A stretch of DNA of 64,000 bases from an uncultured Oscillospiraceae bacterium (GCA_910577915.1 CAJTOM010000001.1:41110-105109); one strand, 5' to 3'. Positions 16,490 to 27,345 are shown, counted from the first letter of the stretch. Program-made: numbers and translations. The notes: generated by a model from the letters alone, not told the origin.

Positions 16490-17734
16490 ATGAAAAACGT
16501 CAAGCACGCCAAGTGCGTGAGGTGCGGAAAGATCTACGAGGCCGTTCCCCAGCTGACAAACTGCGCCTGCGGGGGGATTCTGGACATCGTCTACGACTAC
16601 GACTACATCAAAACCCGGCTGACCAGGGAGACGCTGGCCGGGCGGCGGGACAACTCCATGTGGCGCTACCGGGAGCTGCTGCCGGTGGAGGAGGACACCC
16701 AGGCCCCGCCCCTGCGGGTGGGCTGGAGCCCCCTGTACGAGGCCAAGGCCCTGGCGGAGGAGCTGGGGATCGGGCGGCTCTATGTGAAGGACGACGGACT
16801 GAACCCCACCGCCTCCCTGAAGGACCGGGCCAGCTCCATGGCGGTGGCCAAGGCCCTGGAGGCGGGGGCGCGGGTGATCGCCTGCTCCTCCACCGGCAAC
16901 GCCGCCTCCTCCCTGGCGGGCAACGCGGCGGCGGCGGGGCTGAAGACCTACATCTTCGTGCCCAGCCGGGCTCCCAAGGGCAAGGTGGCCCAGCTGATGA
17001 CCTTCGGGGCCACCGTCATCTCCGTCCAGGGCAGCTATGAGGAGACCTTCGAGCTGAGCAAGGCCGCTATCGAAAAGTGGGGCTGGTACAACCGCAACGC
17101 CGCCATCAACCCCTACCTGTCCGAGGGCAAGAAGACCGTCGGGCTGGAGATCATGGAGCAGCTGAACTGGGAGGTCCCGGACTACATCGCCATCTCCGTG
17201 GGGGACGGGTGCACCATCGCGGGGCTGTGGAAGGGGCTCAAGGACCTGCACGCCATCGGCCTCATCGACCGGCTGCCCCGGCTCATCTCCGCCCAGGCGG
17301 AGGGCTGCTGCCCCCTGAACCGGGCCATCGAGACCGGGGAGGACTGGCGGCCCATGGAGGAGAACACCCTGGCGGACTCCATCGCCGTGGGCGTGCCCCG
17401 GAACGCGGACAAGGCGCTGATGGCAATCCGGGAATCCAACGGGCTGACGGTGAACGTGTCCGACGCGGAGATCATGGCCGCCCAGAAGCTGCTGGGGAGG
17501 ACCTGCGGCGTGTTCGGCGAACCGGCGGGGGTCACCGGCGCGGCGGGGCTGAAGAAGCTCTGCGAGCAGGGGCGGATCGAGAGGGACGCCGCGGTGGTCA
17601 GCGTGGTCACCGGCAACGGGCTCAAGGACGTGGCCAACGCCATCGCCGCCTGCGGGGAGCCCATCTCCATCCCCGGCGATATGGACCGCCTGCTGGCGGC
17701 CTTCGCGGAGCGCGGCATCACAGTGGAAGAATAG
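16490..17734 (+). CDS. Threonine synthase-family PLP enzyme with an N-terminal Cys4 zinc ribbon
   Basis: ATG at 16490 (AAGGAGAAG RBS). Zinc ribbon CVRCGKIY...CACGG, PLP site NPTASLKDRAS, SSTGNAASSLAG. The ThrC-like fold is clear, but true threonine synthase activity is not certain from the context. Confidence 0.7.
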   Translation: MKNVKHAKCVRCGKIYEAVPQLTNCACGGILDIVYDYDYIKTRLTRETLAGRRDNSMWRYRELLPVEEDTQAPPLRVGWSPLYEAKALAEELGIGRLYVKDDGLNPTASLKDRASSMAVAKALEAGARVIACSSTGNAASSLAGNAAAAGLKTYIFVPSRAPKGKVAQLMTFGATVISVQGSYEETFELSKAAIEKWGWYNRNAAINPYLSEGKKTVGLEIMEQLNWEVPDYIAISVGDGCTIAGLWKGLKDLHAIGLIDRLPRLISAQAEGCCPLNRAIETGEDWRPMEENTLADSIAVGVPRNADKALMAIRESNGLTVNVSDAEIMAAQKLLGRTCGVFGEPAGVTGAAGLKKLCEQGRIERDAAVVSVVTGNGLKDVANAIAACGEPISIPGDMDRLLAAFAERGITVEE

Positions 17735-17745
17735 GCGGTTTCAGC

Positions 17746-17782
17746 AGAAGGGCCGTCCGGCAGATCGCCGGACGGCCCTTCT
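17746..17782. terminator. Bidirectional intrinsic terminator
   Basis: 16-bp arms AGAAGGGCCGTCCGGC / GCCGGACGGCCCTTCT between the convergent ThrC-like and nfnB genes. Confidence 0.8.
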
Positions 17783-17807
17783 ATTATATGATGTATTTGC
17801 CAGGCGC

Positions 17808-19223
17808 TTACTTCTTCAGGTACTCGTCAATGGCGCTGGCGGCGGTCTTGCCCGCGCCCATGGCCAGGATGACGGTGGCCGCGCCGGTGACGGCGTCGCC
17901 GCCGGCGTACACCGCCTCGCGGCTGGTCAGGCCGTCCTCGTTGACGATGATGCCGCCCCGCTTGTTGATCTCCAGGCCCTTGGTGGTGGACTTGATCAGG
18001 GGGTTGGGGCTGGTGCCCAGGGCCATGATGACGCAGTCCATCTCCATCTCGAACTCGCTGCCCTCCTTGACGATGGGGCGGCGGCGGCCGGAGGCGTCGG
18101 GCTCGCCCAGCTCCATCTCCACGCAGGTGAGGCCGCAGACGGAGCCGTTTTTGGGATCCCGCTTGTCCTCGGGGTTGTTGTAGCCCAGGATGGCGGTGGG
18201 GTTGGTGAGGGTCTTGAAGACGATGCCCTCCTCCTTGGCGTGCTCCACCTCCTCGGCACGGGCGGGGAGCTCGGCCTCGGAACGGCGGTAGACGATGTAC
18301 ACATCGGCCCCCAGGCGGCGGGAGCAGCGGGCGGCGTCCATGGCCACGTTGCCGCCGCCCACCACGGCCACCTTCTTGCCCTTCAGGGGCATGATGGGGG
18401 TGTCGGAGCCGTCCTTATAGGCCTTCATCAGGTTGATGCGGGTGAGGAACTCGTTGGCGGAGTAGACGCCCTTCAGGTTCTCACCGGGGATGTGCATGAA
18501 CATGGGCAGGCCCGCGCCGGAGCCGATGAACACAGCCTCGAAGCCCTCCTGCTCCATGAGCTCGTCGATGGTGATGGACCGGCCCACCACCACGTTGGTC
18601 TCGATCTTCACGCCCAGGGCCTTCAGGCCGTCCACCTCCTTCTGGACGATGGACTTGGGCAGGCGGAACTCAGGGATGCCGTACACCAGCACGCCGCCGG
18701 CCAGGTGCAGGGCCTCGTACACAGTGACCTCGTACCCCTTCCGGGCCAGGTCGCCGGCGCAGGTGAGGCCGGAGGGGCCGGAGCCGATGACGGCCACCTT
18801 ATGGCCGTTGGAGGCGGGGCGCACGGGCTGCTCGGTGCAATTGGCGTTGTGCCAGTCGGCCACGAAGCGCTCCAGGCGGCCGATGCCCACGCTCTCGTGC
18901 TTGATGCCGCGCACGCACTTGCTCTCGCACTGGGTCTCCTGGGGGCAGACGCGGCCGCATACGGCGGGCAGGGCGCTGTCGGCGGCGATGATCTGGTAGG
19001 CGGCCTCGAAGTCGCCCTCCGCCACCTTGGCGATAAACGCAGGGATGTGGATCTTCACCGGGCAGCCGGCCACGCAGGGCATGTTCTTGCAGCTGAGGCA
19101 CCGCTGGGCCTCGTCGATGGCCTGCTCCTTGGTGTAGCCCAGGGCCACCTCTTCAAAGTTGCCGGACCGGACCACAGGGTCCTGGTGGGGCATGGGATTC
19201 TTATCCGGACGCATATTTGCCAT
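17808..19223 (-). CDS. nfnB: NfnB / GltD-like NADPH-dependent Fe-S flavoprotein (glutamate synthase small-chain family)
   Basis: 471 aa. Cys clusters CLSCKNMPCVAGCP and CGRVCPQETQCESKC, plus two dinucleotide folds (VAVIGSGPSGL, VAVVGGGNVAMD). Confidence 0.8.
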   Translation of the reverse strand: MANMRPDKNPMPHQDPVVRSGNFEEVALGYTKEQAIDEAQRCLSCKNMPCVAGCPVKIHIPAFIAKVAEGDFEAAYQIIAADSALPAVCGRVCPQETQCESKCVRGIKHESVGIGRLERFVADWHNANCTEQPVRPASNGHKVAVIGSGPSGLTCAGDLARKGYEVTVYEALHLAGGVLVYGIPEFRLPKSIVQKEVDGLKALGVKIETNVVVGRSITIDELMEQEGFEAVFIGSGAGLPMFMHIPGENLKGVYSANEFLTRINLMKAYKDGSDTPIMPLKGKKVAVVGGGNVAMDAARCSRRLGADVYIVYRRSEAELPARAEEVEHAKEEGIVFKTLTNPTAILGYNNPEDKRDPKNGSVCGLTCVEMELGEPDASGRRRPIVKEGSEFEMEMDCVIMALGTSPNPLIKSTTKGLEINKRGGIIVNEDGLTSREAVYAGGDAVTGAATVILAMGAGKTAASAIDEYLKK

Positions 19224-19224
19224 C

Positions 19225-20067
19225 TTACTTTACCTCCTGCTTGAACAGATTGCACGTCTCTTCCCGGGCGTGCAGCTCGAAATCCCGGTACATGGCGCCG
19301 CGGGCCATAGACTCGTCGAAGTCCACCAGGTGGCCGTCGAACTCGGGGCCGTCCACGCAGGCGAACTTGGTCTCGCCGCCCACGGTGAGGCGGCAGCCGC
19401 CGCACATGCCGGTGCCGTCGATCATAATGGGGTTCATGCTGACCACGGTGGGGATGTTGTACTCCTTGGTGAGCAGGCACACGAATTTCATCATAATGAC
19501 GGGTCCGATGGCGATGACCCGGTCGTACTTCACGCCGGCCTCAATCTGCTCCTTGAGCAGGTCGGTGACCAGGGCCTTCTTGCCGTAGGAGCCGTCGTCG
19601 GTGCCGATGATGAGGTTGGTGCTGGCGGCCTCGAACTCCTCCTTGAGGATGATGAGGTCCTTGTTGCGGAAGCCCACGATCAGGTCCACGTGGCACCCGT
19701 CGTCGTGGAGCTTCTTGGCCACGGGGTAGGCGATGGCGGTGCCCACGCCGCCGCCGATGACGGCGACCCGCTTCAGCCCCTCGGTCTCGGTGGCCTTGCC
19801 CAGGGGGCCCACGAAGTCCTGGATGTACTCGCCCTCCCGCTTGTGGTTGAGCTTCTCGGTGGTGGCGCCCACGAGCTGGAAGATGATGGTGATGGTACCG
19901 CGCGCCCGGTCATAGGCGGCGATGGTCAGGGGGATGCGCTCGCCGTTTTCATCCACGCGGAGGATGATGAACTGGCCGGGCTCGCACTTGCGGGCCACGG
20001 CGGGGGCCTCGATTTCCATCAGGGTCACGGTGGGGTTGAGAACTCTCTTTTTGACGATCCGATACAT
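19225..20067 (-). CDS. nfnA: NfnA / sulfide dehydrogenase-like FAD/NAD-binding subunit
   Basis: MYRIVKKRVLNPTV..., an FNR-like fold, VIGGGVGTA, and a C-terminal DGTGMCGGCRL [2Fe-2S] motif. ATG at 20067 with a GGAAAGAGGAAAC RBS. The stop lies 1 nt before the nfnB start. Confidence 0.8.
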   Translation of the reverse strand: MYRIVKKRVLNPTVTLMEIEAPAVARKCEPGQFIILRVDENGERIPLTIAAYDRARGTITIIFQLVGATTEKLNHKREGEYIQDFVGPLGKATETEGLKRVAVIGGGVGTAIAYPVAKKLHDDGCHVDLIVGFRNKDLIILKEEFEAASTNLIIGTDDGSYGKKALVTDLLKEQIEAGVKYDRVIAIGPVIMMKFVCLLTKEYNIPTVVSMNPIMIDGTGMCGGCRLTVGGETKFACVDGPEFDGHLVDFDESMARGAMYRDFELHAREETCNLFKQEVK

Positions 20068-20134
20068 AGTGTTTCCTCTTTCCACTTAGATTCGGTTGCT
20101 TTGATGGGACGTATGCCCTGCGCATACGTCTTTT

Positions 20135-20163
20135 ATTGTAACACAGCCTGTTCACCGCGTCAA
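20135..20163 (-). promoter_or_regulatory. Promoter of nfnAB
   Basis: Minus strand reads TTGACG - 17 nt - TACAAT, followed by a 9-bp 5'-UTR hairpin GACGTATGC / GCATACGTC. Confidence 0.55.
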
Positions 20164-20282
20164 TTTCATTTGCGGAGATTTTGCGGAATGTTTGGGGGCG
20201 GGACCAGGGGCGCTCCCCGCCCCGCCGGCGGGCCGGAGAGGGGGAATTTACAAATTGTTCAAAATGGAGAGGGCAAAGCGTA

Positions 20283-20311
20283 TTGACAGCGGCGGGCATT
20301 GGTGTTAAACT
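20283..20311 (+). promoter_or_regulatory. Promoter of the hrcA-grpE-dnaK-dnaJ operon
   Basis: TTGACA - 17 nt - TAAACT, immediately upstream of CIRCE. Confidence 0.65.
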
Positions 20312-20315
20312 GCCT

Positions 20316-20342
20316 TTAGCACTCGAGGCAAAGGAGTGCTAA
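20316..20342. promoter_or_regulatory. CIRCE operator (HrcA binding site)
   Basis: TTAGCACTC - N9 - GAGTGCTAA, a perfect match to the CIRCE consensus, 14 nt upstream of the hrcA ATG. Confidence 0.95.
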
Positions 20343-20355
20343 AGGAGACAATGTC

Positions 20356-21408
20356 ATGGAATTGACCGACCGAAAGAAGCAAATACTAAAGGTGGTCACC
20401 GAGCGCTATATCGACGCCGCCGAGCCGGTCAGCTCCAAATTCATCGCCCAGGCCATGGGCGGCCGCCTCAGCTCCGCCACCATCCGCAACGAGCTGGCGG
20501 ACCTGGTGGAGCTGGGCTACCTGGAGCAGCCCCACACCTCCGCCGGGCGGGTGCCCTCCCCCAAGGGGTACCGGCTGTACGTCAACGAGCTGATGGAGAA
20601 ACGCAGCGTGTCCGACCAGGAGGCCGCCCAGATCAACGAGGCCCTGGGGGGCCAGCTGCGGGAGCTGGACGCCATCATCGCCCGGGCGGGGCAGGCGGCC
20701 TCCGCCATCGTCAGCTACCCCGCCTACGCGGTGGCCGCGGGGAGAGGCAGCGTCACGGTCCGGCGCTACGACCTCCTGCCGGTGGACGCGGAGAGCTTCA
20801 TCGCCGTGGTGATGACGGTGGACAGCCGGGTGAAGAGCCAGCTGCTGCGCACCCAGCTCCCCGTGGAGCCCCAGCAGCTGCCGGCCCTGGCCAACCTGCT
20901 CAACACCCACTTCACCGGCATCTGCGCCGAGGAGATGGGGACGAAGCTCATGGGCCTGACGGGCCAGCTGCCGGCGGAGCTGTTCATGGCGGCCTCCCTG
21001 GCGGTGGAGTACGCCTCGGCGGTCATTGACCAGGGGAACCGGGGGCAGGTCTACACCACCGGCCAGACCCAGCTGCTCAAGCAGCCGGAGTTTCAGGACC
21101 TGGGCCGGGCCAACGAGCTGATGAGCCTGCTGACGGACCAGAAAAGCGACCTCCCTGTGCTGGACGAGAACACCCCCATGCAGATCCTCATCGGCCCCGA
21201 GAACGTCAGCGAGGCCCTCAGAGACGCCAGCGTGGTGGTGGCCAGCTACGACATCGGGGAGAACATGCGGGGCCTCATCGGCGTGGTGGGCCCCACCCGC
21301 ATGGACTACGCCGCCGTGGCCGCCCGGCTGAGCTACTTTGCCGAGAGCTTATCAAAAATGTTTGGAAAAAGCAATCAGTTACCCCCGAAGGAGGACGATA
21401 GATCGTGA
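20356..21408 (+). CDS. hrcA: Heat-inducible transcription repressor HrcA
   Basis: 350 aa. N-terminal LTDRKKQILKVVTERYIDAAEPVSSKFIA, with operon context and CIRCE. Confidence 0.93.
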   Translation: MELTDRKKQILKVVTERYIDAAEPVSSKFIAQAMGGRLSSATIRNELADLVELGYLEQPHTSAGRVPSPKGYRLYVNELMEKRSVSDQEAAQINEALGGQLRELDAIIARAGQAASAIVSYPAYAVAAGRGSVTVRRYDLLPVDAESFIAVVMTVDSRVKSQLLRTQLPVEPQQLPALANLLNTHFTGICAEEMGTKLMGLTGQLPAELFMAASLAVEYASAVIDQGNRGQVYTTGQTQLLKQPEFQDLGRANELMSLLTDQKSDLPVLDENTPMQILIGPENVSEALRDASVVVASYDIGENMRGLIGVVGPTRMDYAAVAARLSYFAESLSKMFGKSNQLPPKEDDRS

Positions 21409-21974
21409 GTAAGAAAGAGAAATCCGCACCCATGGAGGAACCCGTCTCCCAGGAGCAGACCGCCGGCGCGGCGGAGGCCGAGGCCGCTGAGGAAACGGCC
21501 CCGGAGACCTTCACCCTCACCCGCGAGCAGATGGAGCAGATGGAGGCCCTGGCCGGGCAGCTGGCCGCCCTCAACGACAAGCACCTGCGCCTGGCGGCGG
21601 AGTACGACAACTACCGCAAGCGCACCACCAAGGAGAAGGAGAGCATCTACCAGGACGCCAAGGCGGACACCGTCGGCAGGTTCCTGGAGGTCTACGACAA
21701 TCTGGAGCGGGCTGTGCAGCAGGCGGGGGACGAGGACAATGTCCATAAAAAGGGCATGGAGATGATCTTCCACCAGCTGACGGCCGTGCTGGAGAAGCTG
21801 GGCGCGACCATCGTCGACCCCATGGGCCAGAGCTTCGACCCCGAGCGCCACGAGGCCGTGATGCACATCGAGAGCGAGGAGCTGGGAGAGAGCGTGGTCA
21901 GCCAGGTGTTCCAGAAGGGGTTCCTGCTGGGGGAGAAGGTCGTGCGCTTCGCCAAGGTACAGGTGGCGAATTAG
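21405..21974 (+). CDS. grpE: Nucleotide exchange factor GrpE
   Basis: 189 aa. Acidic N-terminus, DNYRKRTTKE, C-terminal beta domain. GTG start overlaps the hrcA stop (GTGA). Confidence 0.9.
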   Translation: MSKKEKSAPMEEPVSQEQTAGAAEAEAAEETAPETFTLTREQMEQMEALAGQLAALNDKHLRLAAEYDNYRKRTTKEKESIYQDAKADTVGRFLEVYDNLERAVQQAGDEDNVHKKGMEMIFHQLTAVLEKLGATIVDPMGQSFDPERHEAVMHIESEELGESVVSQVFQKGFLLGEKVVRFAKVQVAN

Positions 21975-22074
21975 CGCCGGATACGCGCATATTGTGAAGC
22001 CGCTGGGCGCCGTCAGGACGGCGGCCCCCGAAATCTGTTAAAAAATTTTTTCTGAATAGTAGGAGGACAACATC

Positions 22075-23925
<1,851 letters not shown>

Positions 23926-24001
23926 TCATGCGGCATTCCAGTGGGACGGGGCTTCGCCCCGCCCCATTTGGAGTGTTTTGGCAGATGGGAAGTGAGAGCA
24001 T

Positions 24002-25132
24002 ATGGCAGCAGACAAGCGAGATTATTATGAGGTCCTGGGCATCCAGAAGGGGGCCGGGGACCAGGAGATTAAAAAGGCCTACCGCAAGCTGGCCAAGGAG
24101 AACCATCCGGACCTGAACCCCGGCGACAAGGGGGCGGAGGCCCGGTTCAAGGAGATCAACGAGGCCTACGAGGTGCTCAGCGACGCCTCCAAGCGCGCCC
24201 GGTACGACCAGTTCGGCTTCGCCGGGGTGGACCCCAGCTACGGCGGCGGAGGCGGCGGCTTCGAGACGGGCTTCGACTTCGGCGATCTGGGGGACATCTT
24301 CGGCAGCTTCTTCGGCGGCGGCTTCGGCGGCGGGTCCCGGACCCGCACCGGTCCCCAGCGGGGCGAGAGCCTGCGCATGGGGCTGACCATCACCTTCGAG
24401 GAGGCGGCCTTCGGCTGCGAGAAGGAGATCAGCCTGGACCGGGTGGAACAGTGCGAGACCTGCAAGGGCTCCGGCGCGGCCCCCGGCACCAGCCCGGAGA
24501 CCTGCTCCAGCTGCGGCGGCACCGGCACCGTGCAGCAGCGGCGGCAGACCCCCATGGGGGTGTTCGCCACCACCGGGCCCTGCCCCCGCTGCGGCGGCAG
24601 GGGGAAGATCATCTCCACCCCCTGCAAGGACTGCAGCGGCTCCGGCCAGGTCCGGCGGCGCAAGACCCTCAAGGTCAACATCCCCGCCGGCATCGACGAC
24701 GGCCAGGGCATCACCCTGCGGGGCCAGGGCAACGCGGGGAAGAACGGCGGCCCCGCCGGCGACCTGCAGCTGATCATCGGCGTGCAGCCCCATCAGCTTT
24801 TCAAGCGGGACGGCTCCGACGTCTATTGCGACGCGCCCATCACCTTCACCCAGGCGGTGCTGGGGGGCGAGCTGGAGATCCCCACCATCGACGGGAAGGT
24901 GAAATACGACATCCCCGAGGGCACCCAGACCGGCGCCACCTTCCGCCTGCGGGGCAAGGGCATCCCCAATGTCAACGGCCGGGGCCGGGGGGACCAGTAC
25001 GTCACCGTCTACATCGAAACCCCCCGCAACCTCACCCGCGAGCAGAAGGAGGCCCTGCGGAAATTCAGCGCCACCCTCAAGGAGCACAACTACAAAGAGC
25101 GCAAAAGCTTCTTCGAGAAGTTCAAAAAATAA
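24002..25132 (+). CDS. dnaJ: Co-chaperone DnaJ
   Basis: J-domain [31 protein letters not shown], a G/F region, and four CxxCxGxG zinc repeats. Confidence 0.97.
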   Translation: MAADKRDYYEVLGIQKGAGDQEIKKAYRKLAKENHPDLNPGDKGAEARFKEINEAYEVLSDASKRARYDQFGFAGVDPSYGGGGGGFETGFDFGDLGDIFGSFFGGGFGGGSRTRTGPQRGESLRMGLTITFEEAAFGCEKEISLDRVEQCETCKGSGAAPGTSPETCSSCGGTGTVQQRRQTPMGVFATTGPCPRCGGRGKIISTPCKDCSGSGQVRRRKTLKVNIPAGIDDGQGITLRGQGNAGKNGGPAGDLQLIIGVQPHQLFKRDGSDVYCDAPITFTQAVLGGELEIPTIDGKVKYDIPEGTQTGATFRLRGKGIPNVNGRGRGDQYVTVYIETPRNLTREQKEALRKFSATLKEHNYKERKSFFEKFKK

Positions 25133-25153
25133 GGAGCAGGGAGAAGGTAAACC

Positions 25154-25594
25154 ATGAAAATTTCCATGGCGTGCGACCACGGCGGTTTTGATCTGAAGGA
25201 GGATCTGAAGCGGTGGCTGACAGAGCAGGGCCATCAGGTGGAGGACTTCGGCTGCCCCGGGCACGACAGCTGCGATTACGCCGACTTTGCCGGCCCCGCC
25301 GCCCAGGCGGTGGCGGAGGGCCGCTGCGACCGGGGGATCGTCATCTGCACCACCGGCATCGGTGTGTCCATCACCGCCAACAAGGTGCGGGGTATCCGCT
25401 GTGCGCTGTGCAGCGAGCCCTGGAGCGCGGAGATGACCCGGCGGCACAACGACGCCAACATGCTGGCCCTGGGGGCCGGCATCACGGGGCCTCTGATGGC
25501 CCGGCAGATCGTGACGGCCTTTTTGACGCACGAGTTCGAGGGCGGGCGGCACCAGCGGCGTATCGACAAGATGATGTCGGCGGAGAACCGGTGA
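25154..25594 (+). CDS. rpiB: Ribose-5-phosphate isomerase B (RpiB/LacAB family)
   Basis: 146 aa. ACDHGGFDLKEDLK, GIVICTTGIGVSITANK, CSEPWSAEMTRRHNDANMLALG. Confidence 0.9.
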   Translation: MKISMACDHGGFDLKEDLKRWLTEQGHQVEDFGCPGHDSCDYADFAGPAAQAVAEGRCDRGIVICTTGIGVSITANKVRGIRCALCSEPWSAEMTRRHNDANMLALGAGITGPLMARQIVTAFLTHEFEGGRHQRRIDKMMSAENR

Positions 25595-25604
25595 ACCGGG
25601 CGCG

Positions 25605-25650
25605 AAAAAAGAGCGGAGACCCACGACGGGGCTCCGCTCTCTTTTTCTTT
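25605..25650. terminator. Bidirectional intrinsic terminator
   Basis: AGAGCGGAGACCC / GGGGCTCCGCTCT stem (one mismatch) flanked by A6 and T-rich runs, between the convergent rpiB and spoVT. Confidence 0.75.
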
Positions 25651-25659
25651 TCGCAATCG

Positions 25660-26202
25660 TCAGTTCTCCATATGCTTGCCCAAAAAGGCGGCGATGGTTT
25701 GGGCCAGCTTGTACTCCGTCTCCCCGGTGACCTGGGGCTCGCCGTCCTCCACAAACAGCACCAGGCCCAGCACGTCCCCCTCGGAGATAATGGGGGCGGC
25801 CACGGCGGTGCAGTACTTGTCGCCGGTCTCGGTGACAAAGATGCGGCGCTCGTCGCCGGTGTGCTGATAGATGCGGCGGTCCTCCATGATCTGCTCCAGC
25901 TGAGGGCTGATGCGCTTGCCCAGCAGCTCCCGCTTGCCGCCGCCGGCCACGGCGATGATGGCGTCGCGGTCGGTGACGGCGGTGATGGCGCCGCAGCTCT
26001 TGGACAGGGTCTCGCAGAACTGGGCGGCAAAGTCGTCCAGCCCGCCCATGAGGGAATACTTCTTAAAGATGACCTCGCCGTCGCGGCTGGTGTAAATCTC
26101 CAGAGGGTCGCCCTCGCGGATACGCATAGTGCGGCGAATCTCCTTGGGGATCACCACCCGCCCCAGGTCGTCGATCCGGCGCACGATTCCGGTTGCTTTC
26201 AT
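25660..26202 (-). CDS. spoVT: Stage V sporulation protein T (AbrB-family regulator)
   Basis: From the ATG at 26202 (GGGAGGAA RBS): MKATGIVRRIDDLGRVVIPKEIRRTMRIREGDPLEI plus a GAF-like C-terminal domain. About 180 aa, as in Bacillus SpoVT. Confidence 0.88.
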   Translation of the reverse strand: MKATGIVRRIDDLGRVVIPKEIRRTMRIREGDPLEIYTSRDGEVIFKKYSLMGGLDDFAAQFCETLSKSCGAITAVTDRDAIIAVAGGGKRELLGKRISPQLEQIMEDRRIYQHTGDERRIFVTETGDKYCTAVAAPIISEGDVLGLVLFVEDGEPQVTGETEYKLAQTIAAFLGKHMEN

Positions 26203-26272
26203 TCTCGATTCCTCCCGTTTTCGCTGTGTTTTTTGCAAGGCAGCCAGGCGGTGACGCCTTGGAAAACATGGA

Positions 26273-26302
26273 TAGTATCCGCAGATTTGGGGAAGGTATG
26301 CA
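26273..26302 (-). promoter_or_regulatory. Candidate forespore sigma-G/sigma-F-type promoter of spoVT
   Basis: Minus strand reads GCATA - 17 nt - GATACTA, compared with the consensus GHATR - N17/18 - CATNHTA. Confidence 0.4.
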
Positions 26303-26395
26303 GTTTTTTGGCTGGAATCCTTTGGCTGCGCCGGCGGGAAAAACGCTCAAAAACAGGAAAAAATTGCGGGGCGGAGACGGCGCGGGGCGCGCCGC

Positions 26396-26953
26396 TTACC
26401 CCCGCCTCCGGGGCCGGTTCTGGGCCAGAGTCCGAATAAAGCGGATGGTGAACCGCCACAGCCACATACCCGCCAGAAGCAGCAGCAGCCCTACGCCCAC
26501 CGACACCAGAAAGGCTGCGGCCGGCGGCGCAGTCCAGGTCCCAAACTGAACCGCTGTCCAGGGCATCTCGATCCCCACCAGGGACCCCAGGAGCTTCAGC
26601 AGGCCCATCGCCGGCACAGCGGCCCCGCAGATCAGAAAGGCCACCGCCGTGATGCTGGTAGCGGGCAGCACGATCAGTCCCCCCAGGCCCGCCAGGCTGT
26701 AGAAGGCTGCCACGCTCCCCAGCCGCCGCCAGCTGAAGCGGGGATTCTTCATAATGGCGTCGCTTAGATAGGCCATCGCCAGCTCCCTGGGCTCCCCCAG
26801 GCGGGCAGTGATGGCCTGGGGGGAGAGGCCCTGGGCCTCCAGCTCCAGCAGCTCGCTTCGAATCTCCTGCACGATGTCCACCCGCTCCGAAGCGGGCATG
26901 GGGCGCAGATGCCGGTCGATCCGGTCCAGATAGGCGTCCAGTACTTGGTCCAT
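26396..26953 (-). CDS. DUF1700-like membrane protein (PadR-associated)
   Basis: MDQVLDAYLDRIDRHLRPMPASERVDIVQEIRSEL followed by TM segments; this is the typical partner of PadR regulators. ATG at 26953 has AGGAGG 9 nt upstream. Confidence 0.7.
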   Translation of the reverse strand: MDQVLDAYLDRIDRHLRPMPASERVDIVQEIRSELLELEAQGLSPQAITARLGEPRELAMAYLSDAIMKNPRFSWRRLGSVAAFYSLAGLGGLIVLPATSITAVAFLICGAAVPAMGLLKLLGSLVGIEMPWTAVQFGTWTAPPAAAFLVSVGVGLLLLLAGMWLWRFTIRFIRTLAQNRPRRRG

Positions 26954-26954
26954 G

Positions 26955-27293
26955 TCAGTCATTCCTCCTTTTGATCTCGTCAATCGCCTGCAGCAGGCCG
27001 CTCCACTCCGCCTCCATAGCTGCTAAGTACTCCCGGCCCGCGCCGGTGATGGTGTAGTACTTCCTGGGGGGCAGCCCCTCCGACGAGTCCCGCCAGGAGG
27101 AGGCGAGCAGGCCATCCTTTAAAAGGCGGCGCAGCAGTGGGTAGATGGTGCTCTCCCTGGCCGCCAGAATGGGGCGGCGCTCCAGCCGGGTGATCAGCTC
27201 GTAGCCGTAGCACTCCCCCCGGGCGATCATCAGCAGGACGCAGAACTCCAGGGTCCCCCGCTTGATCTGGGACCGCCAGTCCTCTATATGCAC
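26955..27293 (-). CDS. PadR-family transcriptional regulator
   Basis: 112 aa. LEFCVLLMIARGECYGYELITRLE and STIYPLLRRLLKDGLL. GTG start with a GGAGGTGA RBS. Confidence 0.88.
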   Translation of the reverse strand: MHIEDWRSQIKRGTLEFCVLLMIARGECYGYELITRLERRPILAARESTIYPLLRRLLKDGLLASSWRDSSEGLPPRKYYTITGAGREYLAAMEAEWSGLLQAIDEIKRRND

Positions 27294-27316
27294 GATACCT
27301 CACCTCCGATAGGTGC

Positions 27317-27345
27317 ATCGTACTACACAGTACCTTCCCTGTCAA
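27317..27345 (-). promoter_or_regulatory. PadR operon promoter with an overlapping inverted repeat
   Basis: Minus strand reads TTGACA - 17 nt - TACGAT. The inverted repeat GTACT-N4-AGTAC (27320..27333) overlaps the spacer and -10, making it a candidate auto-operator. Confidence 0.5.

Noticed and set aside
20164-20282. Possible Rex (redox) operator upstream of nfnAB (TTGAACAATTTGTAAA)
   Set aside because: It is not palindromic and fits the TTGTGAA-N4-6-TTCACAA consensus poorly. I cannot support it from the sequence.
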